Positions 1 to 7,980 of a DNA stretch of 61,326 nucleotides are shown in pieces. The notes under the pieces were generated by a model. The model did no database searches and was not told the origin of the DNA. It was given only the letters and a program-made list of their open reading frames with translations. This DNA is from Pseudomonadota bacterium. GTDB taxonomy: Bacteria; Pseudomonadota; Alphaproteobacteria; Sphingomonadales; SMXR01. The stretch is from contig JADFJJ010000006.1 of the NCBI GenBank assembly GCA_022566215.1, positions 1 through 61,326 of the forward strand, read 5' to 3'. How positions within the stretch are numbered: position 1 is the stretch's first letter; each line of letters opens with the position of its first letter. A program made the position numbers and the translations under genes.

Positions 1-1
1 C

Positions 2-1828
2 AAGCTTTTCCCCCATGAGTTGGCGCAAATCGCCGGGCGCGCCGGGCGGCACCTGAACAGCGGCACCTTCACGACGCTGGCTGAAATTGAAGGCGAAGGC
101 CTGAGCCCCGAGGATATCCGCAAAATTGAAAACCACTCCTTTGCCCCCTTGAAACGCCTGGAATGGCGCAACGCGGCGCTCAATTTCAAAACTCCGCTGG
201 CGCTGATCAAAAGCCTGGAGGAGGCCCCTGCCAACCCGCTGCTTAGCCCCGCCCGGGAAGCGCTGGACCTGAGGGCGCTTAAGACCCTTGTCGCCAGGGG
301 GGTGGAGGCAAATACCCCCGAGATGGTTCAAACTCTCTGGACAGTTTGTCAAATTCCGGATTTCCTGGGATTCTCCGAAAACCATCACTTTTCCCTGCTT
401 CAGACCCTGTTCGGGTTTTTGTCTTCTGCCTCCGGCAAAATCCCTCATGAGTGGATGGCCCGGCGGGTGGCCGAGCTGGATAACTTCCAGGGCGGCACCG
501 AGACCCTGATGCAAAGGATTGCCAGGATCAGGACCTGGACCTATATTTCGCACCGGGCCGACTGGCTGAAGGAGACCGATCATTGGGCCTATACTACCCG
601 GCGCCTGGAGGATAAACTCTCGGGCGCCCTGCATGAGCGGTTGCAGCAGCGTTTTGTCGACAAGCGGACCACCGCGCTGATGAGCAATATTAAAGGGAAA
701 CACGTGATGACCAAGGTTGACAGCGAGGGATTGGTGACGATCGAGGGGCAGCCGCTTGGCGCCCTCAAGGGGTTTTGCTTCCTGCCCGCCCGCGGCCTGG
801 AAGGGGAAGACGCCAAGGGGCACCTGAAAGAGGCTGAAAAGGGCCTGCGCCCGGTGATCGCCGCCAGGGCGGAAGAATTTACCGGGGCCGGGAATACGGA
901 CATCATTCTTGAGCTCTCGAACAGCTCCGGCCGCGCCCGGATCCTGTGGCGGGGCGACGTGATCGCCCGTCTGGTCAAGGGCCAAGGCATTTTAAGGCCT
1001 GGTATACAGCTGGCCGGCAACCCGTTGCTGGAAGACCAGGACCTAAAAGCAGTCAAGGGGCGATTGAAGGCCTGGTTCGAGGCCGAAATGGAGGCCCATC
1101 TCGGCCCCCTGCTCACTTTAAGCGAAGCCGTCGCCAGCCACCAGGCCGACCTGCCCGGCCTGACCCGCGGGATGGCTTTCAAAATGGTCGAGAATCTGGG
1201 CGTAAGCGCCAAGGCCTTTGTCCTTGATGACCTGAAAACCCTTAAGCCCGAGGATCGCAAGGCGCTCCATAAAGTAGGGTTCTGGTTCGGCGCGCACTTC
1301 GTTTATTTGCCCAAACTCCTCAAACCAGCGCCGACCAAATGGCGGCTGGCGCTGTGGGGCATCTGGGAAGAGATCAAAGGCTGGCCGGAAATACCCGAAG
1401 CCGGGGTCATGTGGGCGGAGACCCTGAAGGGGACCCCGCGCGGATTTTACCAGACGCTCGGCTACCGCCCGGCGGGGTCGAAGGCGGTCCGCATCGACTG
1501 CCTGGAGAGGCTGTTCGACGCGGTCCGGCCGCTCGGTATCAATAACAAGTTTTTCGCCGTCACACCCGAAATTATGGGCCTGGTGGGCCTATCGGGTGAG
1601 GATTTCGCCAACGTGATGAAGTTTCTCGGCTATTATTACAAAAAAGAGCTGCCCGGGGCCAAGCAGGGCGAAGAGGCCAAGCCCAAATACAGCTTCAAAT
1701 GGGACCTGAAAAAGACCGCGGCCAAAAAAGCCCAAGGACCGGGAAAACAGAAGCTGGAGGAGAGGAAAATCGAGGAAAGCCCCTTTGCCGAACTGAAACA
1801 CTTGAAATTTTCCAGCGGCAAATCCTGA
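2..1828 (+). CDS. SUV3-like/MgpS-type SF2 helicase, C-terminal part (5' end lies outside the window)
   Basis: Frame is open from base 2. Helicase motif VI QIAGRAGR is present. It precedes S4-fdxA-carD as in many alphaproteobacteria. Confidence 0.85.
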   Translation, partial: KLFPHELAQIAGRAGRHLNSGTFTTLAEIEGEGLSPEDIRKIENHSFAPLKRLEWRNAALNFKTPLALIKSLEEAPANPLLSPAREALDLRALKTLVARGVEANTPEMVQTLWTVCQIPDFLGFSENHHFSLLQTLFGFLSSASGKIPHEWMARRVAELDNFQGGTETLMQRIARIRTWTYISHRADWLKETDHWAYTTRRLEDKLSGALHERLQQRFVDKRTTALMSNIKGKHVMTKVDSEGLVTIEGQPLGALKGFCFLPARGLEGEDAKGHLKEAEKGLRPVIAARAEEFTGAGNTDIILELSNSSGRARILWRGDVIARLVKGQGILRPGIQLAGNPLLEDQDLKAVKGRLKAWFEAEMEAHLGPLLTLSEAVASHQADLPGLTRGMAFKMVENLGVSAKAFVLDDLKTLKPEDRKALHKVGFWFGAHFVYLPKLLKPAPTKWRLALWGIWEEIKGWPEIPEAGVMWAETLKGTPRGFYQTLGYRPAGSKAVRIDCLERLFDAVRPLGINNKFFAVTPEIMGLVGLSGEDFANVMKFLGYYYKKELPGAKQGEEAKPKYSFKWDLKKTAAKKAQGPGKQKLEERKIEESPFAELKHLKFSSGKS

Positions 1829-1834
1829 ATATAC

Positions 1835-2224
1835 ATGACCACCCCTCCCACAAAACAGCGCCTCGATCAATGGCTGTGGCGTGCCCGTTTTTTTAAAACC
1901 CGGACGCTGGCCAGCACCATCTGCCGAAAGGGGAAAATCCGCATCGATAGCGCCCCCCAGAGGAAGGCCGCAGCCAGCGTTGTTCCCGGCCAGGTCTTGA
2001 CCTTTCCGCAAGCCGGCGCGATCCGGGTTGTCAGAATCCTGAGCCTGAGCTGGCGGCGCGGCCCGGCTGTGGAGGCGGCGGCCCTTTATGAGGATTTGAC
2101 CCCGCCCCAGGAAAGGCTTAAAACGGGCCTTGGTCAAAGACGTGCGCCGCGCGGCGGCAGACGGCCGACAAAAAAAGACCGCCGGGCGATTGAACTGCTC
2201 AAGGCGGACCAGGTCACCACCTGA
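1835..2224 (+). CDS. hslR: RNA-binding S4 domain protein (Hsp15/HslR-like)
   Basis: RLDQWLWRARFFKTR S4 motif; C-terminal GRRPTKKDRR typical of Hsp15. Confidence 0.85.
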   Translation: MTTPPTKQRLDQWLWRARFFKTRTLASTICRKGKIRIDSAPQRKAAASVVPGQVLTFPQAGAIRVVRILSLSWRRGPAVEAAALYEDLTPPQERLKTGLGQRRAPRGGRRPTKKDRRAIELLKADQVTT

Positions 2225-2238
2225 CAGACAGCGAGACT

Positions 2239-2503
2239 AGAGCACATTAGCCCCATCTGGAAGCCATTTGATGGCTTTGCTGCAAAGCATACAAAGGAGT
2301 GGTTTTGAACATGATGCGGGACATCATGGAAAAGCCACGGCACCTGTAGGGAAAGCAGCAAAGCCACGAAAGAAGCAGGGTTCTTTTTCTGCCTGGCGGC
2401 GTTAGCCCGGGACTTTTGGTGATCACACCAATTCGCCCGAACTGCCTGGCCAGGCAAAAAAATTTACCCTGTCAAATAATTCCAGTTGGGACTAATGTGC
2501 TCT
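2239..2503. mobile_element. MITE-like palindromic element, long form (AGAGC...GCTCT family)
   Basis: Imperfect terminal inverted repeats of about 33 bp (AGAGCACATTAGCCCCATCTGGAA... / ...TTCCAGTTGGGACTAATGTGCTCT). Left end is preceded by CT (CTAG). The internal segment ATTTGATGGCTTTGCTGC...GCAGCAAAGCCA is shared with 34826-34985. Confidence 0.75.
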
Positions 2504-2505
2504 GC

Positions 2506-2970
2506 ATGGTAAACCGCATCAAGGCCCTGTTTAACACCCTGAAAAATGAACCCGCCCCCGAAGCGGAGAGCTTTTCCGATAAGGAAATCGCCAGTGCGGC
2601 GCTATTGGTTGAGGCCGCCGTTATGGACGGCAATCTTGACAGGCGTGAAAAAGAGACCATTTCCAATTTGCTGGTCGGCCGCTTTCATTTATCCGGCGAA
2701 GAGGCGCAAGAGCTGTTCGCCCGGGCGCTAAGCGCCCAGAAAGACGCCACCCATCTGATGCGCTTCACCCGGACGGTCAAGGATAACTATTCGGAAGGAG
2801 GGCGCATAGACCTGATCGAAATGATGTGGGAAGTGGCTTTTGCCGACGGCATCATTCATGATTTTGAGGAAAACCTGATCCGCCGGGTGGCGGGCCTGAT
2901 TTATGTCTCCGACCGCGACCGCGGAGAGGCCAAAAAACGGGTCCGGGCTAGGTTTGAAAGCGGAAAATAA
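2506..2970 (+). CDS. TerB family (tellurite resistance-like) protein
   Basis: AALLVEAAVMDG and MMWEVAFADG...EENLIRRVAGLIYVSDRDRG motifs; ATG at 2506 chosen as start. Confidence 0.85.
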   Translation: MVNRIKALFNTLKNEPAPEAESFSDKEIASAALLVEAAVMDGNLDRREKETISNLLVGRFHLSGEEAQELFARALSAQKDATHLMRFTRTVKDNYSEGGRIDLIEMMWEVAFADGIIHDFEENLIRRVAGLIYVSDRDRGEAKKRVRARFESGK

Positions 2971-3044
2971 AAGGGCTTGTCCGTTTTTAATTTTTCTTGC
3001 ATAACTCAAAAAAAATCCAGGGTCTACTATTCAAGGGAGTTAAG

Positions 3045-3383
3045 ATGACCTACGTCGTGACCGAAGCCTGCATCAAGTGCAAATACATGGACTGTGTGGA
3101 AGTTTGCCCGGTGGATTGTTTCTACGAAGGGGAAAATATGCTGGTCATTAACACCAGTGAATGCATCGATTGCGGCGTTTGTGAGCCGGAATGCCCGGCC
3201 GAAGCGATCCTGCCCGATACCGAAGATGGACTGGAGAAGTGGGTGGAACTGAATACCAAATACGGCGAAATCTGGCCCAACATCACGACCAAGAAAGAGT
3301 CGCCATCCGATGCCGAGGAGTTCCAGGGGGTTGACGACAAGTTTAAAAAATACTTCTCGGAAAAGCCCGGCGAAAGCAATTAA
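3045..3383 (+). CDS. fdxA: 7Fe ferredoxin FdxA
   Basis: [26 protein letters not shown]...[12 protein letters not shown]; SD GGGAG upstream of ATG 3045. Confidence 0.95.
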   Translation: MTYVVTEACIKCKYMDCVEVCPVDCFYEGENMLVINTSECIDCGVCEPECPAEAILPDTEDGLEKWVELNTKYGEIWPNITTKKESPSDAEEFQGVDDKFKKYFSEKPGESN

Positions 3384-3466
3384 TTTATAAAATCCGCTAA
3401 ACTCGGCTTACATCCGGCCGTTTGGCACTAAATTTCCATTCCGGGGTACAAAATTACAAAAAATTG

Positions 3467-3475
3467 TGTTATAGT
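3467..3475 (+). promoter_or_regulatory. Putative extended -10 element of the carD promoter
   Basis: TG-T-TATAGT preceded by an A/T-rich spacer, about 195 nt upstream of the carD ATG. Confidence 0.5.
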
Positions 3476-3670
3476 ACATACTTAGGCGGAAGCCTGGTGT
3501 GGCGAAAACACAATTTTAAGAGGATAAATGCGCGGCTCAGAGGCCGCGATTTGATGAAAAGTATCAGGACAGGGTTCACAATCTCAGTGACACTGCGGGG
3601 GGTTTTTGCGTCCCTGAATTGTCCGGATACCACACTGACAACCAGAGCAAGATGAGAAAAGAGTAACGGA

Positions 3671-4174
3671 ATGGCAAAAAAGAAGAAATATCCATTTTCG
3701 GATGGCGACTATGTTGTTTACCCCAAGCACGGGGTAGGCAAAGTGGTTGGAATTGAAAATCGTGAAATTTCCGGTGCAAAACTGGAATTGTACGTGGTTC
3801 GCTTTGAAAAAGAGCGCATGACCTTAAGGGTTCCGGTCCTCAAGGCGATAGCCTCGGGCATGCGCAGGCTTTCCAGTCAGGCAACCCTGGATGAGGCGTT
3901 TTTGACCCTCAAGGGCAAAGCGCGGGTCAAACGCACCATGTGGAGCCGGCGCGCCCAGGAATACGAAGCCAAGATCAATTCCGGCAGCCTGGTCTTAATC
4001 GCCGAAGTGGTCCGCGACCTGTTCCGGAAAGATGACCAGCCCGAACAGTCCTATTCCGAGCGCCAGATTTATGAAGCGGCGCTCACCCGGCTGGCCCGCG
4101 AGCTGGCCGCTGTTGAGGCCATCGACGAAGCGGAAGCGATGTCCAAGCTGGAAAAGGTCCTGATCGCGGCTTAA
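3671..4174 (+). CDS. carD: CarD family transcriptional regulator
   Basis: VVYPKHGVG, MWSRRAQEYEAKINSG and QSYSERQIYEAA motifs. Confidence 0.95.
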   Translation: MAKKKKYPFSDGDYVVYPKHGVGKVVGIENREISGAKLELYVVRFEKERMTLRVPVLKAIASGMRRLSSQATLDEAFLTLKGKARVKRTMWSRRAQEYEAKINSGSLVLIAEVVRDLFRKDDQPEQSYSERQIYEAALTRLARELAAVEAIDEAEAMSKLEKVLIAA

Positions 4175-4193
4175 AGCCTAAGTTTCAGATAAC

Positions 4194-4462
4194 AGGGCCA
4201 ACGCCCCACTTCCGAGTGGAACTGTGTTGGCCCTGATTTCTTTTCAGAACAGGCAAATTGTTGATAACGATATGGGGTATCGTTGAAAGATTTTAACGCA
4301 TTCTGAGAAGAAATCAGGGCCAATCCAATTTGGACCACGCCTAAATCGGGCAGGAAGGCGTCTAAACCGGTTCAAATAGTTGGCTAATCCTCACCGGCTT
4401 CTCCTATTCCTGACCGATTTCTGCTGTGGCACAGCCCTCATCGGAAGTGGGGCGTTGGCCCT
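4194..4462. mobile_element. MITE-like element with perfect 22-bp terminal inverted repeats
   Basis: AGGGCCAACGCCCCACTTCCGA (4194-4215) and TCGGAAGTGGGGCGTTGGCCCT (4441-4462). An internal 23-bp IR with 1 mismatch lies at 4227-4249 / 4301-4323. Confidence 0.75.
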
Positions 4463-4488
4463 AAGCCCGGGTTCGCCTGGGCTTTTTT
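4463..4488 (+). terminator. Rho-independent terminator, probably of carD
   Basis: AAGCCCGGG-TTCG-CCTGGGCTT hairpin followed by a T run. Confidence 0.75.
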
Positions 4489-4495
4489 ATTTACC

Positions 4496-4623
4496 CCCTC
4501 ACCCCAACCCTCTCCCTCGGCCTGTCCGCCATAGCCTTCGGCGGCGGCGGAAGGGGAGAGGGAGTAAAAGAAGTGCTCTGCCGAGGTCCCCTCTCTCTTG
4601 AGGGGAGAGGGCTAGGGTGAGGG
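4496..4623. repeat. REP/RIME-like palindromic pair (CCCTCACCCCAACCCTCTCCC ... GGGAGAGGGCTAGGGTGAGGG) with a nested insert
   Basis: 21-bp IR with 2 mismatches (4496-4516 / 4603-4623). The GC-rich hairpin insert CCTGTCCGCCATAGCCTTCGGCGGCGGCGGA lies at 4521-4551. Confidence 0.7.
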
Positions 4624-4724
4624 TGACATTTCTTAATATCGTCATGCTAGATTTAGTCCGGCATCTAGTGCCTTAAATATCTTTAGAAAACCCCTGAGGC
4701 TTTTTTATCCCCCCTGGGCTTTTT

Positions 4725-6212
4725 TTATCCTTCGATGACGATTTTAACGCGCTGGCCGGATGTCAGGGTCTCGCCATCACCAAGCCCGTTAAGGGCGCGG
4801 AACAGCTCTTCCCGGTACTCCCAAACCTCCATGCGCCCGGCCAGCGATGAGACGGTATCACCCGGTTGCACGGTAATAACCCTGATTCTCAATGGCCTGA
4901 TAGCCGCCGCTTCGCTGGACGACAGCTTCCTGAAGCTGTCGGTCATCTGGCCCAGGCGGGGGGCATACTTTGAGGTTCTGGCGGCCGGGATGATGAGGAC
5001 AAAATGATAAGCATGGGCGCCGTCATAGCGCCACGCCACCAGCCGGACATCCAGCTCCCCGCCCTCGGATGTAAGGCGGGCAATCCCGGTAATGCCGTCC
5101 ATGCCCCTTGAGGAAAGGGTGCGGATATTTCCCAAAGGCGCCGGCGGATCGCCCTCGAACAGCGAAGCCCAGGCCTGGTCGAGGTAAAAGCGGTTGGTGG
5201 TGTTGGGGGAAATTTCGCCGCCGGTAAAGAAAAACCGCACATCGTCGGGACCCAAGCCGACCACTACACTGGCGGTGTTCATCAAGGCGAAACCGGAAGG
5301 CGCGGTGAAGGCTAGCCGGAACCCTTTATGCAGGAAATCATCGCCGCGGATTACCCCCTGGGCCGGGTCATCGCCGAACATCATGCCATCAATGGCATCG
5401 AGATAGCGGTCGCGGTTTCTGTTCCGGGTGGTGGGCTGGGGGTCGAGCGCGTCAATGCGCGTTTGCTGGTCTTCGATACGCTTTGAGGTCAGTGGGTGGG
5501 TGCGAAACAAATTGGGCGTCTGGTCTGTTCCCCGGCCCTGTTTTTGGGCTTCATATGCCGCGGTCGTCTGCAAAGCCTCGAGCATCCGGACCGAACCCAT
5601 CGGGTCATGGGTGGTCTTCAGCATATATCTGAGCCCCAGTTCATCCGACTGTGATTCCTGTTTTCTGGAATAGGACAACAGGTAAAGCTGGGCGCCGCCG
5701 CCGACCAGGGAAGCCAAATCCTGGTTCTTGATCAGCCACCCGGCGCCCGCCGCCAAGCCCCCGAAAAATATGGATTTGGTATAGCGGTTAGCGGCGTGCC
5801 GGGCGGTGATGTGGCCAATCTCATGGCCCAGAACGCTGGCCATTTCCGCCTCGTCACTGAAGTAAGCCATCAGCCCGCGCGAGATATGGACATAGCCGCC
5901 CGGCAGCGCAAAAGCGTTGACAATTGGGCTGTTCAAGAGGGTAAACGAAAAGTCGGTACCGGGCATTTCCGAGGCCGCCGCCAGCCGGTCGCCGACCTCC
6001 TCGACATAAGCAGCCAGGACCTGATCCTCATATTTCCCGCCAAATTCAGCCACCAGTTTGGGGTGCTCCCGGGCGCCGATCGCGGCCTCCTGGGAGGGGG
6101 TCATGAAGGGGGTAAATTCCTTCTTGCCGGTGGCCGGGTTGACGGTACAGGCGCCAACCAACAGCAGCACCAAGACCACCGCAATGTGTTTTTTGTAAAT
6201 CGCTCCCGTCAT
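4725..6212 (-). CDS. M48 family zinc metalloprotease lipoprotein with C-terminal LysM-like region
   Basis: Lipobox VGAC; NAFALPGG, HEIGH and THP motifs; C-terminal VQPGDTVSSLA...ALNGL; ATGA overlap with the upstream gene. Confidence 0.9.
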   Translation of the reverse strand: MTGAIYKKHIAVVLVLLLVGACTVNPATGKKEFTPFMTPSQEAAIGAREHPKLVAEFGGKYEDQVLAAYVEEVGDRLAAASEMPGTDFSFTLLNSPIVNAFALPGGYVHISRGLMAYFSDEAEMASVLGHEIGHITARHAANRYTKSIFFGGLAAGAGWLIKNQDLASLVGGGAQLYLLSYSRKQESQSDELGLRYMLKTTHDPMGSVRMLEALQTTAAYEAQKQGRGTDQTPNLFRTHPLTSKRIEDQQTRIDALDPQPTTRNRNRDRYLDAIDGMMFGDDPAQGVIRGDDFLHKGFRLAFTAPSGFALMNTASVVVGLGPDDVRFFFTGGEISPNTTNRFYLDQAWASLFEGDPPAPLGNIRTLSSRGMDGITGIARLTSEGGELDVRLVAWRYDGAHAYHFVLIIPAARTSKYAPRLGQMTDSFRKLSSSEAAAIRPLRIRVITVQPGDTVSSLAGRMEVWEYREELFRALNGLGDGETLTSGQRVKIVIEG

Positions 6213-6946
6213 GATCCGCACCTTTCTTCCTGCAGCCCAAAAGGCTGGTCCAGAAAACGGATCTGGACCGGGGTTTTGACCTCGATCATCGGTCCGCCGG
6301 AATAAAATACCCAGCCCCTGGCCTCGACCATAGTATCAGGTTCTGCGCCCTCCGTTAACCGGGTGATTTGGGCTCTGGTTTCCTCCGGCAGCCGCTTAAA
6401 GGAACTCCTGGTGAACTTGATGGTGAAATCCTTGCGGTAATCATCGCCGAAATTGAGGTAGATGGTGCCGCGCACATCGGCGGCCTCTGTGATACGCCCC
6501 TGGATGATGGCGAAGGTATCGAACGCCCTTTTTGCATTATCGGCGCACACCACCGGGCTTTTCCGCCACAGGCCGACCTTAGCCTCACGGGCGGCATCTT
6601 CGGCGGCAAGCAGTACCTGAAGCCGCTGATCGTCCCGCTCATAAACCGGCATAACGATCGCCCGGCCCTCTGACACCAGGGTATTTTGCAGCCAGGCGCC
6701 ATCGCTGAGGATCACATGGGCCAGCACCTCGCCGTAACGGGTGCGCCCATCCTTGGGTGAAAGAACCCTGAAAGACCCGTGCTTGATTTCTTCAGGCAGG
6801 GCCGCGGGGAAAACCCCGAGCAGGCGGATGGTTTCTCCATCCGAAACTTCTGTCCCCTCCAGGTCATTGAACAGACCGGCATCTTCGGCTCCAGCAGCCA
6901 CAGCCGCAACCAGCACAATCACTCCGGATAGTAGCCATCCTTTCAT
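6209..6946 (-). CDS. Thermonuclease (SNase)-family secreted protein
   Basis: Signal peptide; RYGEVLAHV, AAEDAAREAKVGLW and YLNFGDDYRKDFT motifs. Confidence 0.8.
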   Translation of the reverse strand: MKGWLLSGVIVLVAAVAAGAEDAGLFNDLEGTEVSDGETIRLLGVFPAALPEEIKHGSFRVLSPKDGRTRYGEVLAHVILSDGAWLQNTLVSEGRAIVMPVYERDDQRLQVLLAAEDAAREAKVGLWRKSPVVCADNAKRAFDTFAIIQGRITEAADVRGTIYLNFGDDYRKDFTIKFTRSSFKRLPEETRAQITRLTEGAEPDTMVEARGWVFYSGGPMIEVKTPVQIRFLDQPFGLQEERCGS

Positions 6947-7044
6947 GGCGGCAAGGCTAGCATTAAAGGGGGTTCGCGAAAAAGCTTAAAAAAGTTGAAC
7001 GGCGCACCTTTGCGGTATAGATAGAGGACCGCTTATCCCAAGAC

Positions 7045-7121
7045 GCGCCCGTAGCTCAGTTGGATAGAGCACCAGATTCCTAATCTGGGGGCCGTGGGTT
7101 CAAGTCCCGCCGGGCGCACCA
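7045..7121 (+). tRNA. tRNA-Arg(CCT)
   Basis: 77-nt cloverleaf: GCGCCCG acceptor stem, anticodon arm CCAGA-TTCCTAA-TCTGG, GGTTCAAGTCC T-arm, encoded CCA. Confidence 0.97.
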
Positions 7122-7122
7122 T

Positions 7123-7231
7123 CCGTCTTCGCTAATTTTGCCTTGGCAAAATTTAGCTACGACGAGATTAATGAGGAGCAGCGTGCGAAGCGGATGCCTC
7201 GTCGAAGTGCAGCAGAGCGAAACGAAGACGG
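7123..7231. repeat. Branched palindromic REP-like element abutting the tRNA 3' end
   Basis: Outer IR CCGTCTTCG/CGAAGACGG; inner hairpin GCTAATTTTGCC-TT-GGCAAAATTTAGC; CGACGAG/CTCGTCG pair. Confidence 0.6.
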
Positions 7232-7325
7232 GCTTTACCCCGTCTGGCCCAAGAAGCCTTGAATTGTTAGCAGGAGTGTCACACCATAGCTTCACGTCAC
7301 GGCGGACTGGGTTAAATCCCGCCCC

Positions 7326-7847
7326 TTACTGTGTGGCGACGTAAGCGTTAAAGGCCGCGGAAAAGCCGGCGAACGAGACCGGCAGGGCGGTATTCTGCTC
7401 AACGTTGGGGCGGCCGAACACCAGGCGTCCCTCACCGGCGGCGCGCATCGCGGTAATAACCTCGGCGTTCAGCGGGAACTGCAGGCGGCAGCCATCGGCC
7501 AGACACATGGTATAGGTCAGGTTGTTGATGAATTGATCCTTGGCAACCTGGATGCCGGCGCCTTTTCTCAAATCAACACCAAGCGGCAACGTGACGATCA
7601 TGACATCGGTGCCGTTCGCCAGGCGGCGGATCTGAAGCCGGGCCAGCCGTTGTCTAGTTTCCTTGTTGACAATATTCTGGCTGAGCTGGCACACTTCCCG
7701 GCCTTCGGGCGCGATGCAGGTCAACAGCCAGTCCTGGTAATTGTCGCGCCGGGTGAATGTCCCTTCCTCTTCCTGGGCATTGAGGGTTGGCGTGGTGGCG
7801 ACCATAAAACTGACCGCCACGGCGCTGAAAAGATTAAATGTACCCAT
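7326..7847 (-). CDS. ialB: Invasion-associated locus B (IalB) family protein
   Basis: Signal peptide; YQDWLLTC...CQLSQ, LPLGV, CLADGC and VSFAGFSAA motifs. Confidence 0.85.
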   Translation of the reverse strand: MGTFNLFSAVAVSFMVATTPTLNAQEEEGTFTRRDNYQDWLLTCIAPEGREVCQLSQNIVNKETRQRLARLQIRRLANGTDVMIVTLPLGVDLRKGAGIQVAKDQFINNLTYTMCLADGCRLQFPLNAEVITAMRAAGEGRLVFGRPNVEQNTALPVSFAGFSAAFNAYVATQ

Positions 7848-7980
7848 GGTATCAAGTCCTTATTGTTTAAGGTTTTTAAATTTCTGTTATAATCAAGGCC
7901 CTTGCCAGCCTTAAGGCCCTCTTTAGCACCAAATTTCCGGGATTAAAAGGGAGGGCCTTAATGTTGCGTTTTTTGATGTT

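Noticed and set aside
3423-3437. Sigma-54-like TGGCAC-N5-TTCC upstream of carD
   Set aside because: Lacks the conserved -12 GC; a sigma-70 extended -10 fits better.
4194-4462. Repeated GGGCCAA units as a CRISPR array
   Set aside because: The repeats are inverted and irregularly spaced; no cas genes.
4380-4601. 73-aa ORF in the carD-M48 gap
   Set aside because: Composed of repeat and terminator sequence; no SD.
7308-7325. GGGTTAAATCCCGCC resembling the tRNA T-arm as an att site of an island
   Set aside because: Short and mismatched, no acceptor-stem duplication, and no integrase in the window.
7911-7961. 11-bp inverted repeat TTAAGGCCCTC/GAGGGCCTTAA
   Set aside because: Single short hairpin after the YgjP gene; adequately explained as a terminator-like or degenerate repeat.
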